Source: Patescibacteria group bacterium
Lineage (GTDB): Bacteria > Bacillota > UBA4882 > JAAYXC01
Assembly: GCA_050260175.1 (NCBI GenBank)
Contig: JBLNBS010000042.1
Location: 1,544-65,543, forward strand
Reading direction: 5' to 3'
DNA: 64,000 bases
Under the pieces are notes generated by a model, which saw only the letters and a list, made by a program, of their open reading frames with translations, was not told where the DNA came from and did no database searches. A program made the translations under genes and the position numbers. Below, one piece after another: positions 20,547 to 31,108 of this stretch (positions are counted from its first letter, which is position 1; each line of letters opens with the position of its first letter).

Positions 20547-21593
20547 ATGCTGTACCGTCCCGATGTCGACGAGGTCGTCGAACGTTACCGCCGCTACTGG
20601 GCGGGAGAGATGCGTGACCAGGTGCTGATCCTGGCCACCCTGGCCGGTGAGGATATCTTCGCCTCGTGGCTGGGCTGGCCTTCGTACGAGGACACTTTCG
20701 CCAGGTTCGACGCGTTCTTCCAACACCGGCTGGGGATAGAGGACGATACGATCCCCGTGGCCCTGCCCGGTTTGGGCCTCGGGCCTTGGGGCGGGATGTT
20801 CGGCGCCGAGGTGACGCTCATGCCGAGCGCCAGTTCCAGCATCCCCTTCCCCTCCATCCAGGCCGTCCTGGACCTGGTCCTGGACAAGGAGAACTATTGG
20901 GTCAAGCGCCAGCTCGATTCCGTGGCTTATTTCTGCGAACACGCCAAGGGCAGGTTCGCCGTGGCGCCGGCCGAGACCATCTCGGGGGTGAACGTCCTGT
21001 ATGCCCTCAGGGGATCCGAGGTCTTCGCCGACCTGGCCGAGGATCCCGAGGCCTGCCTGAAGGTGATCGATCTCGTGCGCCCGATCGGCATCTGGATGGC
21101 CGAGGAACAGAAAAAGATGACCGGCTCCTACCGGGGCGGCGTCTTCGATCACTGGCAGGTCTGGCTCCCCGGCAATCCCGTCTGGTTCTCCGTGGACATG
21201 AACTCCCTTTGCTCCCCGGCTTATTACGACCGGTTCGGCTTCCACGACACCCAGGCTTTCCTGGACCATTTCGGGGGCGGCTTCATCCACGTGCACAAGC
21301 CCACGGGTCTCTATCTCCTGCCGCAGCTCGTCAAGCACAGGCATGTCGCGGGATTCGAGTTCTACCACGACCTCGGCTCGCTCGAGACCTGTTTCACCGG
21401 CTTGCGCGAGATCAGGGACATGGTGGGCACGGGCCTCCTGGTGGACTGCGACTTCGCCCAATTCACCGCCCAACTCGAGCAAAAGACCCTGCCGGGCGGC
21501 ATCATCTACGAGGTCAAGAACTGCCCGGGGGCGGCCGCCGCCAACGAACTCGTGGCCAGAGCGCGGGCGTACAGGGATCCCGGCGTGGACTGA
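20547..21593 (+). CDS. hypothetical protein (unassigned fold) in catabolic operon
   Basis: 348-aa ORF with coding-like composition and an RBS. No motif recognised. Confidence 0.4.
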   Translation: MLYRPDVDEVVERYRRYWAGEMRDQVLILATLAGEDIFASWLGWPSYEDTFARFDAFFQHRLGIEDDTIPVALPGLGLGPWGGMFGAEVTLMPSASSSIPFPSIQAVLDLVLDKENYWVKRQLDSVAYFCEHAKGRFAVAPAETISGVNVLYALRGSEVFADLAEDPEACLKVIDLVRPIGIWMAEEQKKMTGSYRGGVFDHWQVWLPGNPVWFSVDMNSLCSPAYYDRFGFHDTQAFLDHFGGGFIHVHKPTGLYLLPQLVKHRHVAGFEFYHDLGSLETCFTGLREIRDMVGTGLLVDCDFAQFTAQLEQKTLPGGIIYEVKNCPGAAAANELVARARAYRDPGVD

Positions 21594-21670
21594 AAGTCAC
21601 TTTAAGTCGCATAGCCCGAAAGGCATGACTCACATCCCGTTTCGTTTGTTGCAGGGGGGGGGGCGAAACG

Positions 21671-22759
21671 ATGCCGGCATATCGCCCGGGCCGCCATTAC
21701 GGGTGCCGCGTGATCCTGGATGCGACCATCGGGGGTTTTCGCGCGGTCTTTCTGGAGAACGAGCAGCTCCGTGTGACCGTCTTGGCCGACAAGGGCGCCG
21801 ATATACAGGAGTTCCTGCACAAGCCCACGGACACGGATTTTCTCTGGCGGTCGCCCATGGGCCTGCGCCATCCGACCCTGAACGTCTCACCCCCCAGCGC
21901 GAACGGCGGGGAGTGGCTCGACTATTACGAGGGCGGCTGGCAAGATCTCTTTCCCAGCGGCAGTTCCGCGTCCAGTTACAAAGGGGCGGACTTCGGCTTC
22001 CACGGCGAGTCCTCGACCGCGCCGTGGCAGGTCGATCTCGTCACCGACAGCCCGGAGGAGGTGGCGGTCAGGTTCTCCCTCTATACCTGCCGCTCGCCTT
22101 TTTATGCCGAACGCGTCCTCAGCCTGCGCCGGGGCGAGCCGGTCCTGCGCGTCGATGAGACCCTGACCAACCTGGGCCGCGAGGAGATGGACCTCATGTG
22201 GGGCCATCACCCGGCCCTCGGCGCGCCCTTTCTCTCCGGCGACTGCGCGATCGATCTGCCTACGGTGGGCCGCGTCTGGGTGGGGCCTGAGCCATACTTT
22301 GAAAGGCAGCGGGTCAAGCCCGGGGGCGGGGCGGAGTGGCCCTGGGCCGAGGGGCGGTTAGGCGGTCGGGTGGACATGTCCCTGGTGCCGGGGCCGGAGG
22401 TGGAGACCGCCGACGTGCTGGGCCTGACCGGCCTGGCAGCCGGCTGGTACGCGGTGACGGATCGGCGCCGCAGGATCAGCTTTGGCCTCGCCTGGCCGGT
22501 GGAGGTCATGCCGTGGCTCTGGTTCTGGCAGGTCTGCCACGGCGCGTATGGCTATCCCTGGTACGGCCGAGCCTACGTCATGGCCCTGGAGCCCTGGACC
22601 ACCCCGCCCGGGCCCGGGCTCGGCTGGGCCGCGGCCAACGGCACGGCGGCCAAGGTACCGGCCGGCGGCAGCATCAGCGCGCGGATCATGGCCGTCGCGG
22701 CCGCGGGTTACACCCGCGTCACGGGCATCGACGCCGACGGGCGGGTCAGTGGGGAATGA
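21671..22759 (+). CDS. aldose-1-epimerase/mutarotase-like (DUF4432-like) protein
   Basis: Beta-rich sequence with a galactose-mutarotase-like N-terminus (LENEQLRVTVLADKGADIQEF). The assignment is tentative. Confidence 0.35.
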   Translation: MPAYRPGRHYGCRVILDATIGGFRAVFLENEQLRVTVLADKGADIQEFLHKPTDTDFLWRSPMGLRHPTLNVSPPSANGGEWLDYYEGGWQDLFPSGSSASSYKGADFGFHGESSTAPWQVDLVTDSPEEVAVRFSLYTCRSPFYAERVLSLRRGEPVLRVDETLTNLGREEMDLMWGHHPALGAPFLSGDCAIDLPTVGRVWVGPEPYFERQRVKPGGGAEWPWAEGRLGGRVDMSLVPGPEVETADVLGLTGLAAGWYAVTDRRRRISFGLAWPVEVMPWLWFWQVCHGAYGYPWYGRAYVMALEPWTTPPGPGLGWAAANGTAAKVPAGGSISARIMAVAAAGYTRVTGIDADGRVSGE

Positions 22760-23143
22760 CAGTATGGGTTCGCGTGTTTCCCGCGGCGGGCTCGATACAC
22801 AGGAACTCCTGCCCCGCGGCGCGCCCGGGGCGATCAGGGCCGAGGTGAAAAGGCTGTCGAGTCTGATGGCCGCGGTCTGCGGCGGGCATCGACATTATCG
22901 GGCCGGAATGCGCCATACCGCTTCGCACGGGCAGGGCGGGCCTGGCCGCCATCTCAGCGCGGGTCCGCCGGGACGGCCCGGCGCGGGCAGGAGGCCGCGG
23001 CGGGGGCCGCGAATAACCGTTTGGCGTTTATAACCATTTTCTTATGTAAGAGGCCTTTATAAGGCCGTGCCGTTTTCCTCCATCACGGCCCGGCTGAAAG
23101 CGGTGATGCCTTGGTGCAACGGCGGCCTTCGGATCCGCGCGCC

Positions 23144-24364
23144 ATGCGCGAACACAATACCCTGGCCATCCTGGACACGATCCGCAAACACGGCCCCCTC
23201 ACCCGCGCCGAGACGGCGGAACGTTCTGGGCTCAGCCTGCCCACCGTCTGCCGGATCGTGGACGACCTGGTCCTGCGCGGCGCCGTGCTGGAGACGGGCA
23301 AGGGGGATTCCAGCGGGGGCCGCCGGCCCATGGTGCTCAAATACGATGCCCGGCAGGCGGCCGTGGTGGGTATCTTTGCCGGGGACGTCAGCATCGCGGT
23401 CGCCCTGGCCGATCTGGACGGCGAGATTGTGGCCCGCACGTCGTTTCCCATCGCAGAGGCGGGATTGGGGAGCGCCATCATCGCCAGGATAGCCCGGGCG
23501 ATTTACGATCTCTTCAGCGAGGCGGGCATGCGGCTGGATAGCCTGGCCGGCATCGGCCTCGCCCTGCACGGCACGACCGATCCCGCCTGCCAGGTCGTGA
23601 ACGAGGCGCCCTTCCTGACCGGCTGGGACAACCTGGCCGTGAGGGAGATCTTCGGCCAAGCCTTTCCCGTGCCCATCGTGCTGGACAACGAGGCCAATCT
23701 GGCTGTGCTGGCCGAGCATTGGCGGGGGTCGGCCAAGGGCGCGGACAACATCCTCTACATCACCATCAGCGCAGGCATCGGCGGCGGCATTATGATCGGC
23801 GGTTCCATCTACCGCGGCAACACCGGCCGCGCCGCGGAGATCGGGTTCATTACCGTGGGGCGCCCCGCGCGGGACGACAAGGCCGATCGGCTGGGGTACC
23901 TGGAGTCGCATTACGGCACCGAGGCGGTGGTCAACCGGATCCGGGCAGAGCTTGCCGCAGGCAGGCCCTCCATCCTTCAGGCGCCCTTTGCCGCCGGGGG
24001 CGGCGTCCTCACCAGGGCGCAGGTCTGGGAGGCGGCCCGGAACGGCGACGCACTGGCCCGGGAGGCGGTGCTGGAAACCGCTGAATACTGGGGATTGGCC
24101 ATCGCCAATGCCGCCGCCATCGTCGATCCTGAACTGATCGTGGTCGGCGGTGATGCCAACAGTATCTGGGAGGTGGTGGCGGAGGTTATAACCAACACGG
24201 TCGGCAGGTTCATACCCAAATCGCCGCCGATCGTCCTCTCCTCGTTGGGCTGGGACGCCCAGCTGTATGGAGCGATCAAGTCGGTACTGATCAAGGTGGG
24301 CTACGATTTCGTCCTTAAACCAAGGAAGCCAAGCCGTCACGTCGCAGGCGGCCGGAACGCTTGA
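23144..24364 (+). CDS. ROK family transcriptional regulator (NagC/XylR-like)
   Basis: N-terminal wHTH (LTRAETAERSGLSLPTVCRIVDDLV) followed by a ROK sugar-kinase-like domain with glycine-rich ITISAGIGGGIMIGG. Confidence 0.8.
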   Translation: MREHNTLAILDTIRKHGPLTRAETAERSGLSLPTVCRIVDDLVLRGAVLETGKGDSSGGRRPMVLKYDARQAAVVGIFAGDVSIAVALADLDGEIVARTSFPIAEAGLGSAIIARIARAIYDLFSEAGMRLDSLAGIGLALHGTTDPACQVVNEAPFLTGWDNLAVREIFGQAFPVPIVLDNEANLAVLAEHWRGSAKGADNILYITISAGIGGGIMIGGSIYRGNTGRAAEIGFITVGRPARDDKADRLGYLESHYGTEAVVNRIRAELAAGRPSILQAPFAAGGGVLTRAQVWEAARNGDALAREAVLETAEYWGLAIANAAAIVDPELIVVGGDANSIWEVVAEVITNTVGRFIPKSPPIVLSSLGWDAQLYGAIKSVLIKVGYDFVLKPRKPSRHVAGGRNA

Positions 24365-24439
24365 TACAGTGTCAGTTGCCCGTCGCAGCATAGAAAAGCG
24401 GGAGTCCCAGGACACAAGAATTACCACGGAGGGTCTGAC

Positions 24440-25141
24440 ATGAACGTGTTGGGGATCGGTGCTCATCCGGATGACCTGGAGCTCATGGCGGGAGGCACGC
24501 TTAGAAAGTACGTAGAGCAAGGCGCCGCGGTCACCATGAGCTATCTCACCAATGGCGACATGGGACATGCCGTCATCCAACCCGGGGAATTGGCCGGGAT
24601 CCGTAAAGCCGAAGCAAAGGCCGCGACCGAGGTGATCGGAGCAGGCTTCGAGTGGCTCGGGATTAGCGACGAATGGCTGTTCGCAGACGAGCCGACACGC
24701 CGCAAGGTAGTGGACTTGATCCGCAAGGCCCAGCCGGATGTCATTCTCACCCATGCGCCGAACGACTATCACCCCGACCACCGCAACGCTCACCACCTGG
24801 TCTTCGATGCGAGCTTTCTCGCGACCGTGCCGCATATCGGTGGCGACTATCCCACCCTGGGCAAAGTCCCGGAAATATACTGCCTCGACACACTCGGGGG
24901 CCTGGAAACGGAGCCCACTCATTACGTGGACATCACCCCCGTGTACGAAACCAAGGTCGAAGCCTTGCGGCGGCACGCCAGCCAGTTGCAATGGATGCTC
25001 GATCATGACGGCATAGATTTTGTCGACTGGATGCGCATCATGGCCGAATTTCGCGGCCTTCAAAGTGGATGCAGATATGCGGAGGCATTCACGCTCGTAA
25101 GGAGGTGGCCTGCGGTTTCCACAAAACGGGTGCTACCGTGA
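24440..25141 (+). CDS. PIG-L (LmbE-like) family deacetylase (paralog 2)
   Basis: GIGAHPDDLEL and PNDYHPDH motifs. Confidence 0.8.
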   Translation: MNVLGIGAHPDDLELMAGGTLRKYVEQGAAVTMSYLTNGDMGHAVIQPGELAGIRKAEAKAATEVIGAGFEWLGISDEWLFADEPTRRKVVDLIRKAQPDVILTHAPNDYHPDHRNAHHLVFDASFLATVPHIGGDYPTLGKVPEIYCLDTLGGLETEPTHYVDITPVYETKVEALRRHASQLQWMLDHDGIDFVDWMRIMAEFRGLQSGCRYAEAFTLVRRWPAVSTKRVLP

Positions 25142-25171
25142 TCAACCATGAAAAACAAGGAGGTTTAATTC

Positions 25172-25954
25172 ATGTATGACGAGAAATTCGCGGCCCAATA
25201 CCCCACAAAGGACAAGGATTTCCTGACGATCTGCAAGGAGTTCCTTGAGAAAATCGAGGAAACGGAGCGCGAAAACTTCATCAAGGCCGGCAAGGTCCTG
25301 GGCGACAGGATTATGCAGGACGAGGTCTTTTACTGCGTGGGCACGGGCGGCCATACCTATGTGCCCGCCATGGACATGACCCATCGCGCCGGGGCTTTCG
25401 CTTGCGCCAGCCCCACCTTCGACGTGAGCACGAGTCCCTTTGCCGGCGGCACCCGCAGCATCAGGCTGGAGCGTGTCGAGGGCTACTTCAGAGTCCTTAT
25501 GGAGTACTACAAGATCAAAAAAGGCGACGTCGTCCTCATCTTCAACAACATCGGCGTCAACGCCGGGTGCATTGACGCCGCCCTGGCCTGCAAAGAGAAG
25601 GGCGCAACGGTGATCGCCGTCAGCAGCAGGGTCTGGCAGAAACAGATCCCAATGGACCATTTCACGCGCCACTCCAGCAAGAAGAACCTTTTTGACATCG
25701 CCGACATCTGCATCGACGATTACAACCCCATGGGCGACAGTGTCATGATGATGGATGGCATGGACGTCCCGTTTGGCCCCATCTCCACCGTCACCGATGC
25801 CTACATCGTGCGCCGCATCGAGCAGGAAGCCATCAGGTACATGGTGAGCAAAGGCTTTACACCGCCGGTGTACAGCAGCGGTAACCAGGTTGGCGGCATG
25901 GAACGCAACGCTGCCCTGGAGAACAAGTATTTCTACCGCATCAAAGTGCTCTAG
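25172..25954 (+). CDS. SIS-like (UPF0309-type) sugar-phosphate-binding domain protein
   Basis: FYCVGTGGHTYVPAMD and VVLIFNNIGVNAG resemble phosphosugar-binding SIS folds. Tentative. Confidence 0.4.
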   Translation: MYDEKFAAQYPTKDKDFLTICKEFLEKIEETERENFIKAGKVLGDRIMQDEVFYCVGTGGHTYVPAMDMTHRAGAFACASPTFDVSTSPFAGGTRSIRLERVEGYFRVLMEYYKIKKGDVVLIFNNIGVNAGCIDAALACKEKGATVIAVSSRVWQKQIPMDHFTRHSSKKNLFDIADICIDDYNPMGDSVMMMDGMDVPFGPISTVTDAYIVRRIEQEAIRYMVSKGFTPPVYSSGNQVGGMERNAALENKYFYRIKVL

Positions 25955-26055
25955 GAGCGCGGGAGTATAGGCCATCTAGGATCAACAGCGGGCGGCGGGG
26001 CTTTCCGGGCCGAACGGGGGCCCCGAGCCCGTCCGTCAAGGCGGAGGTTCTTTAC

Positions 26056-27411
26056 ATGTGGACACGGAACGTCCAATGGCGGCGTGAAGCCGACCTCGTG
26101 GCAAAGGTGCTCGAAAGGGCACCAGCGGTGGATCCGAAGAAATCTCTCGGGCTGGAGGAGTTCCGTGAGCGGCAGCGGAGGGTAATCGAGGCCATCCGTT
26201 CCGCCGGGTTGGATGCGGCGGTCGTATACTCGGACGAGCTTTACGATGGGGACGTCCCCTATCTGGCGGGGAACACCAATATCAGCATCGAGCCCGTCGC
26301 CGCCGTTATCGGCCCGAACGGGCTGCACGTCTTGGCCGGTTTGGAAGGCGGTTACGTGGTGGAACAACTGGCGGGCCGGTCGGGCGCAAAGGTTCACAAG
26401 GTCGAAATGCTAAAGCTGGCGGATGAGAACTACCCGATCAAGGCAGAGCGCGTCGAGGATGTCATTGAAGAAGCCGCCGGCAAGAAGCCCCTGAGAATAG
26501 GTCTCCTGACCCCGCGGCAGGTCCTGCCGGTCTCAATCCACGAGTTCCTCGCCTCTTATGTGGGTGATGCCGGGGAAATCGTCGACGCTCAGGAACTCTA
26601 TTATCGCATCAAATATGAAAAATCCGATCTGGAGATGGACCTCCTGGCGGACGCGGGCAAGATTGCCGACACAATGATGCGCGGGATGCTCGCGGTGCTC
26701 AAGCCCGGCATCCTCGAGACCCAGGTCGCGCAGTGGGGGTACGCCATCGCCCGGGAGATGGGCGCTGAAGAGATGGGTTTTGATGTCATGGTTACGGCCA
26801 ACGAGGCGAACAGAACCCTGATCGGTAAGGCGTTGAACCGCACGATTCACGAGGGCGACTGGGTTCACCTCGGCGTCGCCCCAAAGCGGGACGGGCTTAC
26901 CTCCTGCGTCCGGAGTTCGGTGGTGGCGGTGCCCGAACCAGGCGCGATGACGGCGGATCAGCGGTATTGGCTTAGCTTCGTGGAAGAAGCTTTTGAAGTT
27001 GGATTGTCCGCCTATCGCCGGGTTGCCGCCGAGGGTCTACCGGCCAAGCTCCAGGAAGAAGCATTGGTTGAATACTTCCGCTCCCGGTCCGACGAGGTGG
27101 GGAAGCGGATAGGCCGTCCGATCCGGCTGGAGGATCAAAAGCCTTATACCGGCACCCATAACGCCGGCTATACGGAATGCCAGGAGTTCTTCGGAGCCAT
27201 TACGCTCGATTCCGAGGAGCCCCTGGGCCGCCAAATCGTGACTATGCTCGATGTGGCGATCCGCGGGATCGGGGATGGTTGGCACGACGTGGTCATTCCC
27301 GGCCTGGACTACGTGGTCGTCGAGCGAACGCTCGGCAAATATGGCAGGGAGGTTCGGCTGCTCACCGAACTGCCCGTCAAGGTACAGGGCCTGGTGGGTA
27401 AGATCGAATGA
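26056..27411 (+). CDS. creatinase/prolidase-like M24 family peptidase (paralog 2)
   Basis: Collinear similarity to 14021..15391 (e.g. VVYSDELYDGDVPYLAGNTNISIEPVA vs VVYCDAHYNGDVPYLGGNTNITIEPVA). Confidence 0.65.
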   Translation: MWTRNVQWRREADLVAKVLERAPAVDPKKSLGLEEFRERQRRVIEAIRSAGLDAAVVYSDELYDGDVPYLAGNTNISIEPVAAVIGPNGLHVLAGLEGGYVVEQLAGRSGAKVHKVEMLKLADENYPIKAERVEDVIEEAAGKKPLRIGLLTPRQVLPVSIHEFLASYVGDAGEIVDAQELYYRIKYEKSDLEMDLLADAGKIADTMMRGMLAVLKPGILETQVAQWGYAIAREMGAEEMGFDVMVTANEANRTLIGKALNRTIHEGDWVHLGVAPKRDGLTSCVRSSVVAVPEPGAMTADQRYWLSFVEEAFEVGLSAYRRVAAEGLPAKLQEEALVEYFRSRSDEVGKRIGRPIRLEDQKPYTGTHNAGYTECQEFFGAITLDSEEPLGRQIVTMLDVAIRGIGDGWHDVVIPGLDYVVVERTLGKYGREVRLLTELPVKVQGLVGKIE

Positions 27412-28418
27412 ACGGCCAAGCCGGAAACCCGGGATTACTGCATGAGATTCGCAGTTTTCTCCAGGGCGACGGCGGCGGAGAATGTAAAGGGGCGTTTATT
27501 TTGCGTTTCGATTACGATCTCGCCAAGTTCATTCCCTTTCGGGACAGGGAGGCCTGCGCCAGGGTAAGGGCGATCAAAAAAACGGAAATCTGCCGTCATC
27601 CCAATCCCGATTTCCGCATCCGGATAATCGAGGATAAACAGGTTTTTTATACTGAATTCGCCCTGGACATCGTCACCAGGATCAAACGCGCGCTGGAGGA
27701 GGGCCGGCGCTTCGTGGGGATCTTCCCCGTCGGCCCCATGCCCCAGTATGCCATAGCGGCCAGGATCATCAACGAGTTGGGCTTGTCCTGCCGCCATGTG
27801 CACACCTTCAATATGGACGAGTACGCGGACGAGAACGGTAATACGGCTCCCGCGACCTGGCCCGGTTCCTTCCAAAAGGCAATGATGGAGCAGTTCTTTC
27901 AGCGCATCGAGGAAAAGCTGAGGCCCCCGCTCTCTCAGATCCACTTTCCCACCCGGGAAGCGCTGCCCGATTATGGGCGGATGCTCGAGGATCTGGGCGG
28001 AGCCGATGTCTGTTACGGCGGGATCGGTTGGTGTGGACATATCGCCTTTTGGGAGGCAGATCTGGGCCTCGAATTCGGCGGCGACCTGGAAGCGTTCATG
28101 CAGGCCGGCCCACGCTGCGTGGAACTGTCCCCCATGACCATTATGCAGAACGCGTTACATTCCTTTGGCGGTGACTGGTCGTGGGTGCCGCCCAGGGCCA
28201 ACACCATCGGCCCCCGCCAGATCGTGAGCGCCAGGGATCGCAGTTTCTGGCTGGACGGTTATCTCGGCGGCGGCGTCAGCTGGCAGCGGTTCATTGCCCG
28301 GCTGGTGGCGCACGGCCCAGTAACACCCCTGGTGCCTGGTTCGATCCTGCAGACGTTGCCCGGTACTTTTAACATCCTCGGCGGGGTCGCGGACGACGTG
28401 GAGATCGAGATGAGTTAA
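27408..28418 (+). CDS. glucosamine-6-phosphate deaminase/isomerase-like (NagB/6-PGL superfamily) protein
   Basis: CYGGIGWCGHIAFWE matches the GIGxDGHIAFNEP active-site region of NagB-family enzymes. Diverged. Confidence 0.55.
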   Translation: MNGQAGNPGLLHEIRSFLQGDGGGECKGAFILRFDYDLAKFIPFRDREACARVRAIKKTEICRHPNPDFRIRIIEDKQVFYTEFALDIVTRIKRALEEGRRFVGIFPVGPMPQYAIAARIINELGLSCRHVHTFNMDEYADENGNTAPATWPGSFQKAMMEQFFQRIEEKLRPPLSQIHFPTREALPDYGRMLEDLGGADVCYGGIGWCGHIAFWEADLGLEFGGDLEAFMQAGPRCVELSPMTIMQNALHSFGGDWSWVPPRANTIGPRQIVSARDRSFWLDGYLGGGVSWQRFIARLVAHGPVTPLVPGSILQTLPGTFNILGGVADDVEIEMS

Positions 28419-28457
28419 GAACTCGTGCATCCAATTTCTTTCGAGGTTGGTGTCCAG

Positions 28458-29597
28458 ATGTTGAAACCCAGAGAACGCATGGCCCTGGCCCTGGACCATC
28501 GCAACCCGGACCGGGTGCCGCTCGACTTCGGCAGCAGCATCACTTCGATCACGGTCGAGGCCTATGAGAATCTCAAAAGACATCTCGGCGTAAGCCTGCC
28601 AACCCGTATCATAGGCAAGGCCCTGGAAACCGCCGAGGTCGACGAGGAAGTGCTGGGACTGCTCGGAATCGACACCCGCTATCTCCGGCCGATACTCCAT
28701 GGCCCCCTGGCCACGGAGGTGCTCGTTGACGAGGGCTATACCGACGAGTGGGGGATTCGTTGGCGGAGGTCGGCGGGCGGCCGTTACTACGACATCGTGG
28801 CGTCCCCGCTGAGGGATGCCGATCTTGTCGACCTGTCACGGTACCGCTGGCCAGCGACGCACGATCCCGAAGCCCTGCGCGAGGTCAAGGCCGAGGCCAA
28901 AAGGCTTTTAGAACAGACGGACTACGCCTTGGTGGCCGATCCCCTGGCACCCGCCATTTTTGAACCCGCGTGGTATCTCAGGGGCCTGGACCAGTTCCTG
29001 ACCGATCTGGTGCTCGATCGCGCCTTCGCCGACAGGCTCCTGGGCAACATCCTCCAGCATAGGCTCGAGTTTTTCGAGGCTTTCCTCGACGCTGTCGGCA
29101 ATTCTGTCCAGGTCGTAGTCCTCGGAGACGACCTGGGCATGCAGGATCGCCCCCTGCTTTCACCCTCGCTCTACCGGGAGATGATCAAACCTCGGCACAG
29201 GGAACTATTCCAGTTCATCAAGTCCAGGACGAAGGCAAAGATCTTTCTTCATAGCTGCGGCTCGATTATCGATCTCATCGATGACCTCCTGGATGCCGGC
29301 GTGGACATCCTGCACCCTCTACAGACAACCGCGGCGCGCATGGAGCCGGAGGAACTCAAACGAAGGTTCGGCGACAGGCTCGTTTTCTGGGGCGCCGTGG
29401 ATATCCAAAGGGTATTGCCAGCGGCGAATGATGCCGAATTCGAGGCTTACCTGCAAAGGATCATCGGGTCACTCGGCAGGCAGGGAGGTTTCGTCCTGGC
29501 GCCGGGGCACAACATCCAGGCCGACACGTCGGCGGAACGCATCGTCAGCCTGTTTCGGACGGCCATGCGTTTTGGCGAATACGGACGAGATAACTGA
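28458..29597 (+). CDS. uroporphyrinogen decarboxylase (URO-D/MtaA) family protein (paralog 2)
   Basis: MLKPRERMALALDHRNPDRVPLDF N-terminus parallels 17701..18774. ATG at 28458 is the likely start. Confidence 0.75.
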   Translation: MLKPRERMALALDHRNPDRVPLDFGSSITSITVEAYENLKRHLGVSLPTRIIGKALETAEVDEEVLGLLGIDTRYLRPILHGPLATEVLVDEGYTDEWGIRWRRSAGGRYYDIVASPLRDADLVDLSRYRWPATHDPEALREVKAEAKRLLEQTDYALVADPLAPAIFEPAWYLRGLDQFLTDLVLDRAFADRLLGNILQHRLEFFEAFLDAVGNSVQVVVLGDDLGMQDRPLLSPSLYREMIKPRHRELFQFIKSRTKAKIFLHSCGSIIDLIDDLLDAGVDILHPLQTTAARMEPEELKRRFGDRLVFWGAVDIQRVLPAANDAEFEAYLQRIIGSLGRQGGFVLAPGHNIQADTSAERIVSLFRTAMRFGEYGRDN

Positions 29598-29773
29598 ACG
29601 GTTTTGCGCCGGAACGGGCTGGAATAGCCGTAAGCCGGGCGCGACGGGGAGGTGATGCCGGGCGGAAGGACGGACTCCGTTTTCAGGAAGGAGTGGTCCC
29701 TTCCCTTAATGGGTTCATCATGGCGACACGGACGATGAACACAAGGAGATCAAAGATCAAGGAGGTCAGAATC

Positions 29774-31108
29774 GTGAAGAGGAATCGACGGCGTCTGGGT
29801 ATGTTCGTGATGGCAGTCACCGTCATGATTCTGCTGGTTACCTTCGCCACGGGCCAGGCCGCAAAAACGATCACTTTGACCTTTTGGCACCATGAGGCAC
29901 CCGCCCATCGGGTCGCGGCCATGCAAAAGGTCATCCAGATGTTCGAGAAGGCCCATCCCAACATCAAGCTCAATCAGCAGGTGGTGATGTGGGGCGACGC
30001 GTGGCCTAAGACCATCGCCTCCATCCAGGCCGGCAACACCCCCGATTTTCAGATGTCCCTGCCTGAGCTGACCCTGGTCGGCAACCGCATGGGCGCCGCC
30101 CTGCCGGTGGACGATCTCATCAAGGAACTCGACAAAAAGTACAAGTTCATCAAGTCGCAGCTGGCGCCGTATTACTACGAAAAGCACCACTGGGGCGTGC
30201 CAATCTGGACTATGCCAATGACCATCCTCACGTACAGGCCGAGTTACCTCGAGAAGTATGCCGGCACCTCCGAGCCTCCCAAGACCTGGGATGAGCTGCT
30301 GGCCATGGCCAAGAAGCTTACGGTCGACACCGATAACGACGGTAAGATCGATATTTACGGCATCGGTCTCACCGCCGGCAACAACCTCTGCACGCAGGAG
30401 CAGGTCTACACCTTCATGGCGGCCGCTGGAGCCACGATGTTCGACGCCAAAGGCAACCTGACCTTTAACAGCGCGCAGACGAAGAAGGCCATCCAGTTCT
30501 ACGCCGATCTCTTCAAGTTCGCTCCGCCGGGTGCCACCGGTTGGCTCTGGGGCGAACTGGAGCTGAACTTCGGCGCAGGCAGCGTGGCCATGATGCCGTA
30601 TTTCGGCACCCTGCAAAAACGCTTCTACGACATGAAGAGCTTTGACTATGCAGCCGTGCCCATGCCATACCCCGCGGGAGGCAAGTCGGCGGGCCTCATC
30701 TATCCCAACGACATCACGATCTACAAGGCCGCCCAGAAACGCGGCCATCTCAAGGCCGTCAAGGACTTCGTCCGCTTCGTTTCCCGTCCCGATATCAATG
30801 CCATCCTGACCGCGGGCGCCGAGCCGGGCGGATTCGTGCCCGTCACCGAGGCCGCGACCAAGGACAAGGCATACTGGAACAATCCGATCATCGCCAAGTT
30901 CAAGGAGCTTAACGAGACCATCATCTCCACGATCCCCAACGGCAAACTGTATGGCTTTGAGCATGGATCCCTGGCCAACTTTGGCGTGGGCGACATCTCC
31001 GGCGCCAACATCATCGCCGAGGCTGCCCAGAAGGTCGTGACGGGCAGCGCCACGGTGGATCAGGCGGTGGAATGGGCCACGGCCGAGATTAAAAAACTCA
31101 TGAAGTAA
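29774..31108 (+). CDS. ABC transporter extracellular solute-binding protein (family 1)
   Basis: GTG start after GGAGG. Signal peptide MFVMAVTVMILLVTFATGQAA. SBP_bac_1-like. Confidence 0.75.
   Translation: MKRNRRRLGMFVMAVTVMILLVTFATGQAAKTITLTFWHHEAPAHRVAAMQKVIQMFEKAHPNIKLNQQVVMWGDAWPKTIASIQAGNTPDFQMSLPELTLVGNRMGAALPVDDLIKELDKKYKFIKSQLAPYYYEKHHWGVPIWTMPMTILTYRPSYLEKYAGTSEPPKTWDELLAMAKKLTVDTDNDGKIDIYGIGLTAGNNLCTQEQVYTFMAAAGATMFDAKGNLTFNSAQTKKAIQFYADLFKFAPPGATGWLWGELELNFGAGSVAMMPYFGTLQKRFYDMKSFDYAAVPMPYPAGGKSAGLIYPNDITIYKAAQKRGHLKAVKDFVRFVSRPDINAILTAGAEPGGFVPVTEAATKDKAYWNNPIIAKFKELNETIISTIPNGKLYGFEHGSLANFGVGDISGANIIAEAAQKVVTGSATVDQAVEWATAEIKKLMK

Noticed and set aside
23052-23076. GGCCTT-TAT-AAGGCC hairpin plus GTTTT after module 1
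   Set aside because: Short 6-bp stem and a weak U-tract, 300 nt from the nearest stop codon. Possibly a weak terminator but not strong enough to call as a feature.
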